A DNA stretch of 55,957 bases, counting the filler, from Bipalium vagum (lineage: Eukaryota), in NCBI GenBank assembly GCA_037834085.1. It is 3 parts of 3 records of this genome, joined end to end, with 100 filler letters (N's around TTAATTAATTAA, not from the genome) between each part and the next. Parts side by side here need not be neighbours in the genome. Positions count along the whole stretch, not along the records: positions 38,617 to 55,957 come from JBBMKC010070404.1; 2 more parts are not named here. One strand, given 5' to 3'. The position numbers and the translations under genes are program-made. The notes beneath the pieces were generated by a model. It ran no database searches. It saw nothing but the letters and a program-made list of their open reading frames with translations, and was not told where the DNA came from. This document shows, piece after piece, positions 38,748 to 52,000 of the stretch; position 1 is the first letter of the stretch; the number at the start of each line of letters is the position of its first letter.

Positions 38748-41700
38748 TGCTTGATACATCACTATTTTTAAAAATTGGCTTTGATTCGCAAAATGTCGAT
38801 TGATTTGAAGTTTTAGCGACAGAAATAATCGATATATTTTTAGGCTCACAAAACTGTGATTTGAGATCAGATTTCATCAAGTCAAAAATTTTATCATCCG
38901 GCTCGTAAACTGGATCGATATTTTCTATGGTTATAGGACTTGAGGTTATTACATCGTATGACAAATGAGTTTCAGCTAAAGAGAAATCGCCAAAGTCGTT
39001 TTTGTCAGAAGATTGGCTGAAAAGTGGCCCTTCGACTCTTCCCATTGAATTGAATGTTTCTGCGTTTTTTGCTATGTCTTCCGTCTCTGTATCATCTTCT
39101 GATTGGTGTTCTTCGAATTGGATTGTCTTGTCAAGCAATGAAAGGTCCTTATCATTTAGAGTGGTTAGCAAAGAACCTTCTGAACTATTTCTTTCGACCT
39201 CGGACTGGCTGACAGACTGAGGCTGATTATCACACTTTTCTGAATCAGACAAAGGAAGATGTGATGACTCGTGATGAAAAATGGCCTCAGTGACGCCTTT
39301 GGATTGCTCAGATTTTTGAAAAATATATTTCCTTTTCAATTTTGTTAGAGAGTCCACAAGATCGCTTTCCGATGGGTCGATCATCATTAGATACCCGCTT
39401 TGGTGAGACATAACTTTTCTCGTGTTGACATTGCTTGGGATCAACGACTTCATCTGATGACATGTGAAAGAATTGATTACGTTCTGGTTGTTTCGGTAGT
39501 TCATCGATGTTCGCAAATCTTCTACTTTTTGCTGCAAGCTGTTTCGATTTAATAGCCTCCGAATTTGAATGGATGAAAAATCTTGAGCACTCTAAAAAAT
39601 GGACTAAACATTTTGTGACTTGATTCTATTAATAATAATATTTCCCTATTCCCTTTATTAAGAATTTAAGATAAAATGGACATCTTTTCAATGTGAGATG
39701 CTACGAAAAACGGCTTTGTATAAAATAAGCAATATTTTAAAAACTACTATATGAAATTAAAAGAAACAAAAATAGTTAATTAAAATTAATTTAGATGTTC
39801 AAAAATTCATGCTATGTGGTAGCCTATTTCCAGAATATTCTTGTTCTGACGGTTGATCACAGAACCACAGCTGGAAAGGACAACATTATTATTTTCAGCA
39901 AATCAATGTTTCAATAATTTTGATTTTTCCAACCATTTCTGTTTTTCGGCAGGTTGATAAGTTGATGTTGTAAGGCTTTCACGGAAAATCTTTTTAATAA
40001 TGTCATGTATGGTTTTTCAGAATACATTGTATTTCTTTACCATCTTATTTATGGATCAGGTCAGATAATGATATATCTTATCTCATATATTAGATAATTA
40101 CAATAAAATTTAGCAGCTTTAATTATTGTTATTTGTTTTAATTTTATTTTTTAAAATTTCTCAGATAGAAATTTTTCTATCATAGAAGTCAATTTTTATC
40201 GTTTATTTGTGTTTCTATAATAGAGGTTTTACTTTAATACATTTATTATTCAACCCTTGAAGCTCCATTACCTTTCCATATTCGTTTTTACAGTTTCACA
40301 AACATTTTGTTAACAAGCAGATCTTTTATTACATCAGAGACAGACTTGATTTTTCAGTTCTACAGTTCATTTTTCTAAAATATAAAATTGTTCATCATAT
40401 TTATAAATAAATTAATAATATTTACAATGCATAAAATTCTTATTGGTTCAAAAAAATTAACATATTTTGTAATAATGTAACCGTTTTTCGTAGCTTTCTT
40501 GTATATGATAGATTTTTATTTATATTAAAAAATCAGTTAACATTGCAATGAATAGTTTAATGTATAATTTTTAAATAATTATGATCATTCTGAAAGATTC
40601 ATTGGTTAAGAATAAATTTGTTTTAATTCAAAAACCTTTAGAAATTCATTCATAAGTTCCATTTTTCTTTGCCAAATGAATTCCAGTTAACCGATATATT
40701 TGATTTATTCCTTGGCTTGATTAGTAACTTGAGACCATTTCAAGATGCATAAATAGGGCAATTAAGTGCTTGACTGTGTGATGACCAGGTCTTACATATC
40801 CTCTCTATATAGTCTTATAAATGATAGATCCAGTTTTCACGAATTTAATTATTATATTTATTAGGATTTAATCACTACGCCCGGTTATTGCAAAAAGAAA
40901 AACCTTTCTGATCACTTTGCTCTGCACCATTCGCTTGATGAATACGATAACAATTGCTACAAAATCATTTTGATATTTTCCAAAAAATATTAAATTGACA
41001 AGAATATGATAAAATGTGATCAGACTGAATTTGTCAAAATAATTTTAAGAAACTTTGATTAATATAAAAAAATTCAATAACAATGATCAATATTTTTAAA
41101 TTCAAAATCAAATTTATCATTTATTTATTACTGGAAATATTATTCCCCAATAATCGTAAGGTATTTTCTGTTATATTGTCTAAAAAATTTTTATTTAATA
41201 AAATTTAATAATTGTAATCAAGACAAATTTTGGTGTAGACTTGCAAATATTAATCATTTTTTAAATGATAAATAAGGATTATAAAATCCACCATTTTTAT
41301 TTTAATCATTATTATTAAAGTGATGATTATGGCGTATTATCAAATTAACAATGACAACAAAAATGATTAAAAAATTAACAAAATAATAAATACTGAAAAC
41401 CGGTTACAAAATCAACTATAAACCACTTTTTCCAAAAGATTGTCCTTGTTTCTTGAATAACCGTAACGTTTTTCTTTGGCAACATTTCGAATTACTTCGT
41501 GTTGAACTTCGAGAGGCATTGACTGGAACGATTCCGACTCCAAATTTATGTCATTTGTCGAAGTAAAATTGGTCTGAAATGAAAAACATCAAAACGTTCT
41601 TGATTTTCACTAGAGACAATAAGATTTTTGAAGATGATTTCGTTTTGATAATAACATAACAACTAGTACTTGGTGGTGTAAGTATTTAAACAAACCAATG

Positions 41701-42444
41701 TGAGAATAGATGATACGAAAAAAGAAAAGGAAAATTTAGGTCAATAAAAATAGCATAAATGTTAAGATTATTAAAGATGTGAAAATATCAAAGATCATAC
41801 TAAATAATCTTGAGCAATGTCACTAAATCCTAGATCGATTTCAGAGTTCCGTTGTACCAACATGTCAAAGTAGCTTGTTGAAAAGAACAACTAAATAAAT
41901 GATACTAAAATAGATAAAGACCTACTCATTTTCTGGTAATTTGAAAATGTCTTCATTTTCTTTTGCCTTGTTAACAGTCTTCACTTTCGATTGACGCTTC
42001 TCAGTCAATTTCTTTTTCATCAATAAATTAATAATGTTGCTTTTGATTTGAGCAGACTTGTCAAGCTTCATTTGCCGTTGTTTGCGCCTTGCACTCTGTT
42101 GCAATAAAATTTTCATTTTAAAAATTGTATAATATCAAGTTACGTACAATATTTTCCTTCTTTAGTGTTGGATATGGGCCATCAAAGACAAATATAGGTT
42201 TAATATTAAAATATAGTAATTTACATATCCTTCGAAATAGAATTTCCAAATGTGCATTTGGTGAATCGATTCCGGATTTTAGAGCTTGATGTAGCCAAAT
42301 ACTTAAGTCTTGAGAAATTGAGGTTGTTTAATTCAGATAAAGCAATAGAATTATACCAATAGCAAGAACTTTTCCTTCTAGGCTTGATAAATCGATATCT
42401 CTACCGGTGCTGTACAAAATACTCCATAATCCTTGAACACCCAT
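38748..42444 (-). CDS. ERCC5: XPG/Rad2 DNA repair endonuclease, N-region and spacer; C-terminal part missing at the gap
   Basis: Exons 42444-42357 ([10 protein letters not shown]...SLEGKVLAI), 42308-42148 ([11 protein letters not shown]...[27 protein letters not shown]...LKKE), 42095-41926, 41873-41801, 41573-41427 ([20 protein letters not shown]) and 39591-38748 ([14 protein letters not shown]...). All introns are GT-AG and phase-compatible. Confidence 0.93.
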
Positions 42445-44949
42445 AAATAAATTTAATTTAAAGCTAGCAAGATATTTAATTTAAATTAAAGTGAAGTTCA
42501 CTTTTTTATATTTATGATAGCTTAAATAAACAATTAGAATTTTTAATATTAATTTTTCTTAAATTAATAAAAATGATATAATTATATCATATTATTAAAT
42601 AACCAAGAATAATGATTATGATTATGAAATTAAAAATAAATAATATAATTAAAATGATATAACAATCTCGTTGTTTACTATTTGACCTTATCTTGATTAG
42701 ACTGAAAAAAATATGAAAATATATATAATGTAATATGAGGTACATAAAAGAATTAAAATTTATTATTTACCTGTACAAATTAGGGTTTTAAAATATATAA
42801 AACTGCGATCAATCTATAAGATTTAATTTATGAAAGCTTCCTAGTTCTCAAAATACCAGCTAATCAATAAATGATTTCAATCATCAGGAACAATATATAC
42901 ACTCTTTACAAATACTAATAGTTTATTTTGAAAACATTTGAGAAAATTTATTTTATGAAATCAATTTTCATTGATTGAAATAGTTCAAAATCAGATGGCA
43001 CTAAATTAGTGACTTATGAGTTAAGAAAGAAAAAAATACATTTCCATCTCTCTGCGTTAGAGAGAGATTTAAAAAATGAAACTATGTTAAAATATTTTCA
43101 AACCATGTTATTTTATTATGTAGTACATTGATAAATAATAAGATTATCGGATTCATTTTCAAGAACAAAACAAAATTATAAAATTTATTATTGAGAAATA
43201 CAATGAATAATTAATCAGATGTTCAGATGTATTCTTGTTCTCAATATATCTCAGGTTTTCGAGTAAACCCCAAATTTAATTCCTAATTTTTATAAATTTG
43301 ATTGAAAATATTTTGGCATTTTCGTTGTTTTTTATCTTCAATTTTTAATTGAATTTAATATTTTTTGCTTTTTCTATATAATTAATTTATGAATTAAAGA
43401 TACTTTTACAAATAAATAATCAGTAGTGACCAAAATATCAGATTGTAACCTATATGAAATTACATAATCATAGGTGATTTACAAATTAATGTCAGCTAGT
43501 TTTAATTTTTTGATTTCTAGATAAAGGATTACAATATTTTTTTTAATTAATTTTCTCAGTTTTAAACATATTTGTCTATTTTTATATTTTTATTTTATAT
43601 TTTTCAACTTTCAAAAATATTTTAATTTATTTCTCAAATATTAATAATAATATTAAATAATATTGATAATATTATAATAATATAATATTATAATAATTTA
43701 TTATTATAATATATAATAATAATATTAAAATAATATTAATAATATTAAATATTAATTTGTATTATTACCGATCATACTCAATTATTTAAGAAATTCAGTA
43801 CTTAAAAAAAAAGATTTAGTTATTGGAAAATTTCAATAAAATTCTTCCTCGGTCTTCATTTTGGTAGCATTGATTTCAGGAATCATAAATTATTAAATAA
43901 GTCAAATTGTTTTAAAAACATTAGGAAAGACGAAGGTCTAAAATCACAAAGCCAATAGGTGTAACCTTCTTTCCAAGAGGTCACATAGACATTTGAACCA
44001 TCAATAAAACTTGTTAATTGAGTGAGATTTATTTTCAATCATTCTAACTGTCCCAAAAGTCATCTCGAAAAATTAAAAAAAATAAACAGTTTTCATAATT
44101 ACTTTTAAAAATTTTAATAAACGAATACAGTCTACTGTCTATGATTTAACAATTCTAATTTTTACTAAAAACCAGAAAAATCATATAAATTTATAGTTTA
44201 ATTTTAATTTATATTTTCTACCACTTTATATCATATTTTTAAATTTTTCTTTAATAATATCTAAATTTAAATTTTATTTTATATAAACATATTTATTTCA
44301 AAATTTTAATAAATTTATATTTTAATCTAAATGAGAAAAACATCATTAAAAGAAAAAATAGAAATTTTAGTACATTGAAAGAAAAATAATTTAGACAAAA
44401 TTAAATGACTTAGGTAATATGAAAACCCAACTGTTACACATTTGATAAATATAGATTAAGATAAAACATTTCATTTTGAGAAAATATGAAATTGAAAAAA
44501 AATGTATTTTTTAAAAAATAGAGTTCACTTTACATTATCTTTAACAAGAAAATTTCGTTGTTTCACAGCCAATTTTTAATCTTTGGCTTGGTGACATCTT
44601 TGAGTTTTACAATCCATCGACCTCTGAGTTCGTGAAATATTGTAAAATACTTTTCTGATACATGTCTGGTCTTTTCCTTTTTTTTATCTAGATAAAGATT
44701 AAGCATTTTCAAAAATTGCTCCATAAATAAAAAGCAGCCATTGCATACAAGTGTCCGAAAATATAAGTTTTCAATGGAAACTAAAAGAAGGTTAATTAGA
44801 AATTATTTAGATAATGTTAACAAATTTAGAGAAGTTTTTACGACCAATGGTAATTTGAAATTAATTCCAAAAAAGTTTAAATTTAAAAAAAATAGATTGT
44901 AGATTAAAAGAATGTGTGTTAAATGGTCGCAATCACTTATTATAATTTA

Positions 44950-46230
44950 TATTATTGTAAAGTTCAAAATCCAAGAAATAGAATTAATTTAAAAACAATG
45001 AATTTTTACATAGATAAAATAAGAAACTTAACAAAAGTAATTTCCATTGTTATCTATGATCCTTTGCCACCTTATAGGTAAATTCATGATTCTTTCTTCA
45101 TAAAAACTGGTGGACTTCGACATAAAGAAATTGTCCAAGGCGTTTTTGATATCGACCTTTTAAAAAATTCTTTTCCATTCAGATAATTTTGAAGAGACCT
45201 GAACAGATGATAATCTGAAGGCGCGATATCAAGTGAGTACGCCGGATGAGGAAGAACTTCTCATTCTAATGCCTTTTATTTTTCCTGTACGCTTTTTGAA
45301 ATATGGGGTCTGACATTGTCATGTTGAATGATGAAATTCTTTTTGTTTATCAATCCTGGTCTGATTTTTTTAAATTCCACCTCACGCTTTCCTCATTGGT
45401 TACAATAAACCTGTCCTGTGATAGTTATGTTGCGTGGTAAAAGATCGTAATATATTATTCCACGATAATCTCACCAAACAGACATCATAATTCGGCGAGA
45501 ATGAATGTCTGGTTTGGCAGTGGGTATCGGCTTCTGGCCAGGCGTAAGCCATTATTTTTTTCTTTTCATGTTGACGTAGCACACCCACTTCTCATCTCCT
45601 GTTACAATTCTTTTTAAAAATTATCGTTATTGAATCTTTGGAGAAGCGAAGAACAAGTCATTAATCTTCGCTTTTTTTTGTTTTCATTTAAGCAATGATG
45701 AATACATAACCCTTGCCTATGGACTTTGCCTAATTCATGAAGATGAGTGGCACAAGGTAGTGTGGGAGACCTGAAGGTGATCTCCCAAATGACTCGTTAT
45801 ACACATAGGATCTCCCTCGATAAGAGATAGAATAACATTGTTATCCAAATTTGATGAACTTCCTTCTTTTCTTTCGGAAATATCAAAATTTCCGCCTTTA
45901 AATCTTCTAAACCATCTTTGACATATATATAGTGACAGATTACCTTCAGGATAGGTTGTTGATATGTTTTTAAATGCATTTAAGTTGGTTGATTCCTTTC
46001 TAAATTCATTTATCAAACAATGCATGATATGAATTTCTTCAGTATTAATCTAAAATTAATGTTATCTAATTATCTAGAATGTTGCAAAATTATTAAATCA
46101 AACTAATCAGTAAAACAACATGTTACTAACATTAAATAAATAGTAATTATAATTTTTTTTATTTATTGTTGAGATATGGTCTCTAAAATTTGTTTATAAT
46201 AAGTTGGATTTTGAACTTTACAACCTAATA
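44950..46230 (-). mobile_element. Near-full-length degenerate mariner with both TIRs
   Basis: Matching TIR core TTGTAAAGTTCAAAATCCAA at both ends; CQRWFRRFKGGNFDI, RIVTGDEKWV, QHDNVRPH, LPHPAYSLDIAPSDYHLFRSLQ. Confidence 0.92.
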
Positions 46231-46679
46231 TTTACCTAGAAAAAAGTAAATAATTAACAATTGAACTATATTAAGAATTTAGAATGTCTAAAAAAGATTT
46301 TAAAATTTTTTTTTAAAAAAATGGTATTTGGTTTTCAAAAGATTATAAAATAATATTAACAGTAAAACATTTGCACAATCGATTTTTTCTGCTGCTCCTT
46401 TAAAAAGTTAAACAGGTCACTGAATTACAAATGCATTCGATGAAATATTTTTGTAACTACCAATGAAAAACAAAAAGAAATTTGGGTTGATAAAGGTACA
46501 CGATTTTAAAACAAAATATTTGAGAATCTATGGTGAAAAAATATTAAGTAGATTTTATGTTAATAATCCGCAGTTTTGAACTTCAAAAAACTAGAATTTT
46601 AAAAAATTTTAAATTGAATCTAAAACTGAAAAAAAATTATAAAATATTTGATTTTATCAGCTTTCATTTAAAGAAAACT

Positions 46680-47720
46680 GAATTAAGTCGGTTCGGCAGC
46701 TCACTGTAAGATGATTTTTAAATTTAAAAACTATAAGTAAATCATTTTTATTGATTCATATATCGAAATAAATTCTGATAAAATTCAATAATAAAAAATC
46801 TATTCCTCGCATATATTTATTCAGATGGTTGAGCAACAAGAAATCACTTAGTGCCAGATCTGGACTGTAATGGGAATGATTCAGCTGCAAAAATCCAGCT
46901 TTTCCTAATGTTTTTTTGGATTTATTTGGCGTGAATAGGCGCTCTATCATGCAGAAAAGTAAGATCCTGATTCCGAGGCTTGCGTTGGATAGTTCGGGTT
47001 TCAAGTAAGAGGTTATTGTAATAATCAAAATTAACGATTTCTTCATTAAAATCTAGCTTCAAGATGCCTTTTCTATCCCAAAAAAGGTAAACATGGCACA
47101 TTTACGATGCAAAATTACCAGATGCCAGGTATCTGTAATTATGATATTCCATTAGAAAATTGGTTCAACTACAACTAGAAGACGAAGATTCCTGTCACAG
47201 GCCATTTTTCGTCTAGATATCATCTCGACTGTTAGAAATCTCGGCCTAAACTTGCGACATAGATTTCGATCTCCAATTTGGTCTAAAAGTAACTGGGTGA
47301 TTCTTTTGCATACATTAGTTTCTCAAACAGCTGAACTTGAGTAATTTTTTGTTTTTTTTTTAATAATTTCTTCATTAATTTCGACAGGTATCGGATGCTT
47401 CATAAACACTTGTACGGTCAGATGAAAAATCACGGATCCTGTTATAGATGGTCGCCTCACATGGGACTTCTTCACCTTATTAATAATTTCTTGTTTGGTA
47501 GATCCCTTTAATAGTAAAAACCGAATCTCAGGAATTCTATATTTTCAAATATTCTATTGAATTGTTCATATCTAAACAAAACAAGATTTATAATACTTAA
47601 ACAAATAATATATTTCATATATGATTATTATTTTATTTGTAAAATGTAATTAAAATATATTCACTACTTCTGATAGAATCTAAGTAGTTAACAGGCGTAC
47701 AACTTAATCTATAGAAAGAT
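46680..47720 (-). mobile_element. Degenerate mariner
   Basis: ATG at 47569; FLTVEM; QLNHSHYSPDLALSDFLLL. Confidence 0.75.
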
Positions 47721-49008
47721 CTATTTTTGCAAAATAATTCTTAAATTTAAAATCGACATCAAAATATATATCTTTATTAACCAAGTCTTGTTTCTATTTC
47801 CGTATTTTATAATAATTTATATATATATTTTTTTTAAAAGAATAAATGAAATTATATTTACTTCCATTACGAAAATAATTTTATTATATCTAATTATTAT
47901 ACACTGCTCCACTATCTTCCATTTAAATGGTTATAACCTAGAACTTCATATTCCTCTAAAATTAAATCAAGATCATATCTAAGAAATTTGCGAAATTGGA
48001 TAATTCATTTATATTTAAATTTGCGATAAATTATGATTTAAAAACACTGCAGTAGTACTAAAATAGTTATGATCTAACTCTTGAACTCAACATTTGTGTT
48101 TTATGAATGCAAACTTCAGGTATCCCTCTACTAATATTTATCTAAATGTTTCTGCTTTAATTGAAACTGCTTTATTTGAAATGAAAAATTTTTATACAAT
48201 TAATTTTTATTTTTATCATTTACCCACCAATCAAAGGATAAAAATTATTGGAAGCAGCAATCTTAAATATTATATCCAATGCTGTCAGCATTTTGCATTA
48301 TTATCAGTAATGGATAATTTTCAAAAAATATTCAGATCAAATTTTTGAAGGACCAAAAAAAGAAGGATTATCACGAAAAACGTAATCCTTTTGTCTCATG
48401 AATTTATCTGTTTGTACGGTCCACTTTGAAAACAAAAATCGATGGAATTTTTTAAAAATATGATGCACATTTTTGTGCTAGTAATACACAAATGAATAAA
48501 AATAAAAACAGTAACCATTTTTATGATACACATAGAAAAAACACGATTTGAAAAATTTCCACTGCCAGGTTAAAACAACCACCTCCAAAACATATATTGA
48601 GCTCAAATTGAGCTCTGATACTCGATTTGATAAATCGATTAAAACAATCAATATGAAAATTGATAAAGGTTTTATTGGTGAAAATTTAAAGCGCGTGGAG
48701 GGGAGTTGAAGGGAAATTTTATTCTCACTTTTTCTCCACCATTTGGTCATATACGTCAAATTTGATAAAACATGAAAAAAATAGACGACGCACATTTCAC
48801 AGACTTGAGTAAAAAACGGAAAGAGAGGGTGGGTGAAGGGAGGCGAAGAGAAGGATAAAAAGCGACGACGATGACAAAGGAGAGCTTAAAAAATTTGTTA
48901 AAATTGGAACGAATAACAAAACCAAGACCGGTTACATACACAAAGACATGATTCGAAAAGACCCAAAGGTCCATCTTCACAGACTCCGGTACCGTTACAC
49001 CACCCGTT

Positions 49009-52000
49009 CTACAACTGCGCCATTGACATGACAACCAAAGAAGTCCAGCCAGCGAACGGGTGGGCTCGCTGACCCTTACCAGTGACATCGTCGTATTGTT
49101 CCCACATATAACCGGTCTGTTTCAATTGCTTGAGAACGTTTGATACGACGTTCACCATCAGACTGTGGTAGAGTTCCCGAGATCGGTTCTGGTACGGGCC
49201 CGACAGTTTTGAGTAGTGAGCCAACGATCTGATTGTCAGGTAGTTGATATTGATCCAGATCGCTCCTCGCCAGTAGGGTGGGTCGTCCTCGCTGTTGTGG
49301 CGCTGATAGAAAGAGCTATTGCGGGCCAAAGAGCGCAGCCCGAACTTGGTCCACAACAAGTTTGGATTGTCCAAATTGTTGAGCATGATACCCAGTTTCG
49401 GAGACGACGGCGATAGAATTTTCATTAGCATAGGAAATAGGTTGACGTAGCCGAAATGGGGAACAAATGACGTCTTGGGTGGCTGAAAAACTTTCCGGAT
49501 TTTCATCTGAAAATTGATTAAAATATATAAATCAATAAGTCTTTTAGATAATTAATTATCGTTATTTTGGTATCGATTGATTGAAATAAAAGGTAGGTTT
49601 TTCGCATCTTTTTACCTGACGCACGTTTTGGTGAGGGTGTTGCGGTTCCACTGGTTGCGGTTTTATAAGAGATACAGCTTCAGTGTGTTGTCCATAGTCA
49701 CTGTAGGCGTTGTTTTCTTCATCCCAGTGAGCCTCGTTCAATAATTTCTCGTTGTTGAGAATTTTGGACCACTCTAAATACGGTTCCGCGTTTGTATTGA
49801 TTCTATGTTTCAACTTTGCTAATACTCTGGAAAACATTGCCATCCAACATCGCAAATCCACGTGCCTTTCTTCTTCTGACGGGTGACTGGTTCGAGGGTA
49901 ATCATCGAAACCTACCAAAATCAATTATCACAGATTAACAGAACATAGTTTTTTATGTGAGTCGAAAATTTCGTATTGAAATTCTTTTTGTAGAATAAGA
50001 CAAAAAATTATAAAATATCTATTTTCCTAAAAAACTAATAAAACAATATTCTAAATTCAATTAAAAAAAATTCAGTATAATCTCAATTTCAAAAAATATT
50101 TCCAAACAAAGTCATAATTGATATCGATTTTTCCTTTGTTTGTTTATAATTTGACAAAATTGGTTTGTGAAGTGGATATGAATTGAAAATCGACATAAAT
50201 TAGTAAAACTTTAATGGAAATTTAACTGATAGCACAAAAAATCATAGCGGAGAATTCAATATTGTTGATTTTCTCTTTTGTCAGCAGAAAGAAAGACAAA
50301 AATAGTCATAGGGATTGAATTTTGTGTTTCTGATCAAAAAATTGAAATTAAAAGCATGGAAAATTTGAAAATAGAATAAATTACATGAAATATTGATTTA
50401 CAAGATTTTTATTACTCATAAATCATTCATAAATCATTTTCAATTATATTACAATACAAAATTGGAAATATTTTTTGATCAATAATACAATTGTCAAATT
50501 GAAATCAATTAATAAATAATATTTTAAGAAAATTCAATTTTATCGATGAAGGAAAATTTTTTTAATAACTAAAATCAATAAAATTAATAATTTATATTAA
50601 TAATAATTAAAATGTTTATTTCATTTAAGACTGATTACCGGAAGACAGAGTAAGTGGATTTAAATGATTGGGATTATTGGCATTTCGACCCTTCCATTGA
50701 TAATTTCCAAAACCTTGACCCAGTTGCGAAGAATTGAACCACTGGTACCAGGTCTCAAGTCGCGGTATGGCTTTGATGAGAAAATTTTTGAATATGGTCT
50801 GTGTCTCATGATCCAATGAGTCGAATCTTTCATCAAAGTCCTGCAAAAGAAAAAGAAAGAAAGAAAAAAAAAAGAAAATTTACCTCCAGACTGAGCAGGA
50901 GAGTCGGTGGGTTACCGTTCCGGTTGTCCTGAATCACAAATTCCTCAGGAACCTTGGCTCGAGCTTCCCATCCCAAGATTTGTTCCCGTGGAATCCAACC
51001 CTCGGCGTTGAGCAAATCCAACCAATGACCAATGATCTCAAACGTAGCTTGGGGATCCCAACGGGCCAGTAACAGACAATGGAACCCTTCGTCCCACAGA
51101 AATCCACGAGGAAACTGGGTTCGCGAAGGTGTCGCCGTAAATAAGCCGTTCGGCCAGTAAAGAAGAGGCTGTCGCTCGTCCGATGACCACTGAGACCGGA
51201 CTATGGAGGAGCCGTGAAAATAACCAATGCCACCAATCAGATTGCTGAGAGCCGTTTTGGCCAATTCAATTTGCTTTTCTGAAAACAAACCGTTGCGTTC
51301 TATCCGAAACAGCGAATTGAATTTCTCATGAAAACGATCGGTATATTTGTCGAAATATCTTTGGAATGTATCGGTTGTCAATCGATCATTGGACTTCTCA
51401 TTGGCCGACTCGAAAATGATATCTACCACAAAATCACCATCAGACGTGATTTCATAGACCCAAATATTTTCCGTTAACGTTCGAGGCAGTGGCATGTATC
51501 CCACCAATCGTAATTGACTACAAAATTAAATTAAACGTGTCACGACAGTCTTTATTTTTAATTTCAAAAATTCGTTGATTAATAAAATTAATACTATTAT
51601 TAAAATTCAGTAATCAATAACAATACAGTTAATTAGTGTTAAAAATCAATATGTGAAGAAATATAAGAATTAATTAATAGTTTGAGAAAATTAGGATTGT
51701 TTATTTACCGAAATGACTATCAAGTCTCTTTCTTGACCGATTTCAATTTTTTTCAAGTTTGTAATAAAGAAATGAATATTAAATTAATAACAGCACAGTG
51801 ATGGGTGTTCCATTCGATACAATTATGTTTTTAAGAGAAAACGGTCTGTTATTCCTATCAGGTAACTTAAAAAATATTATTATTAATATTAATTATTTTA
51901 GAAAAAGGCAATGATTGTGGTACGATATTCAAGGAATGTACATCAAAAAGAAACATTGATTGTGTCTCATGGCGCTGCTACACGGAAAATTACATAAATT

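Noticed and set aside
43840-44070. FLYWCH-like fragment (YTYWLC)
   Set aside because: Too short and interrupted to call.
48478-49416. ORFs overlapping or following the last MOGS exon
   Set aside because: Alternate-frame, antisense or 3' UTR ORFs with no homology.
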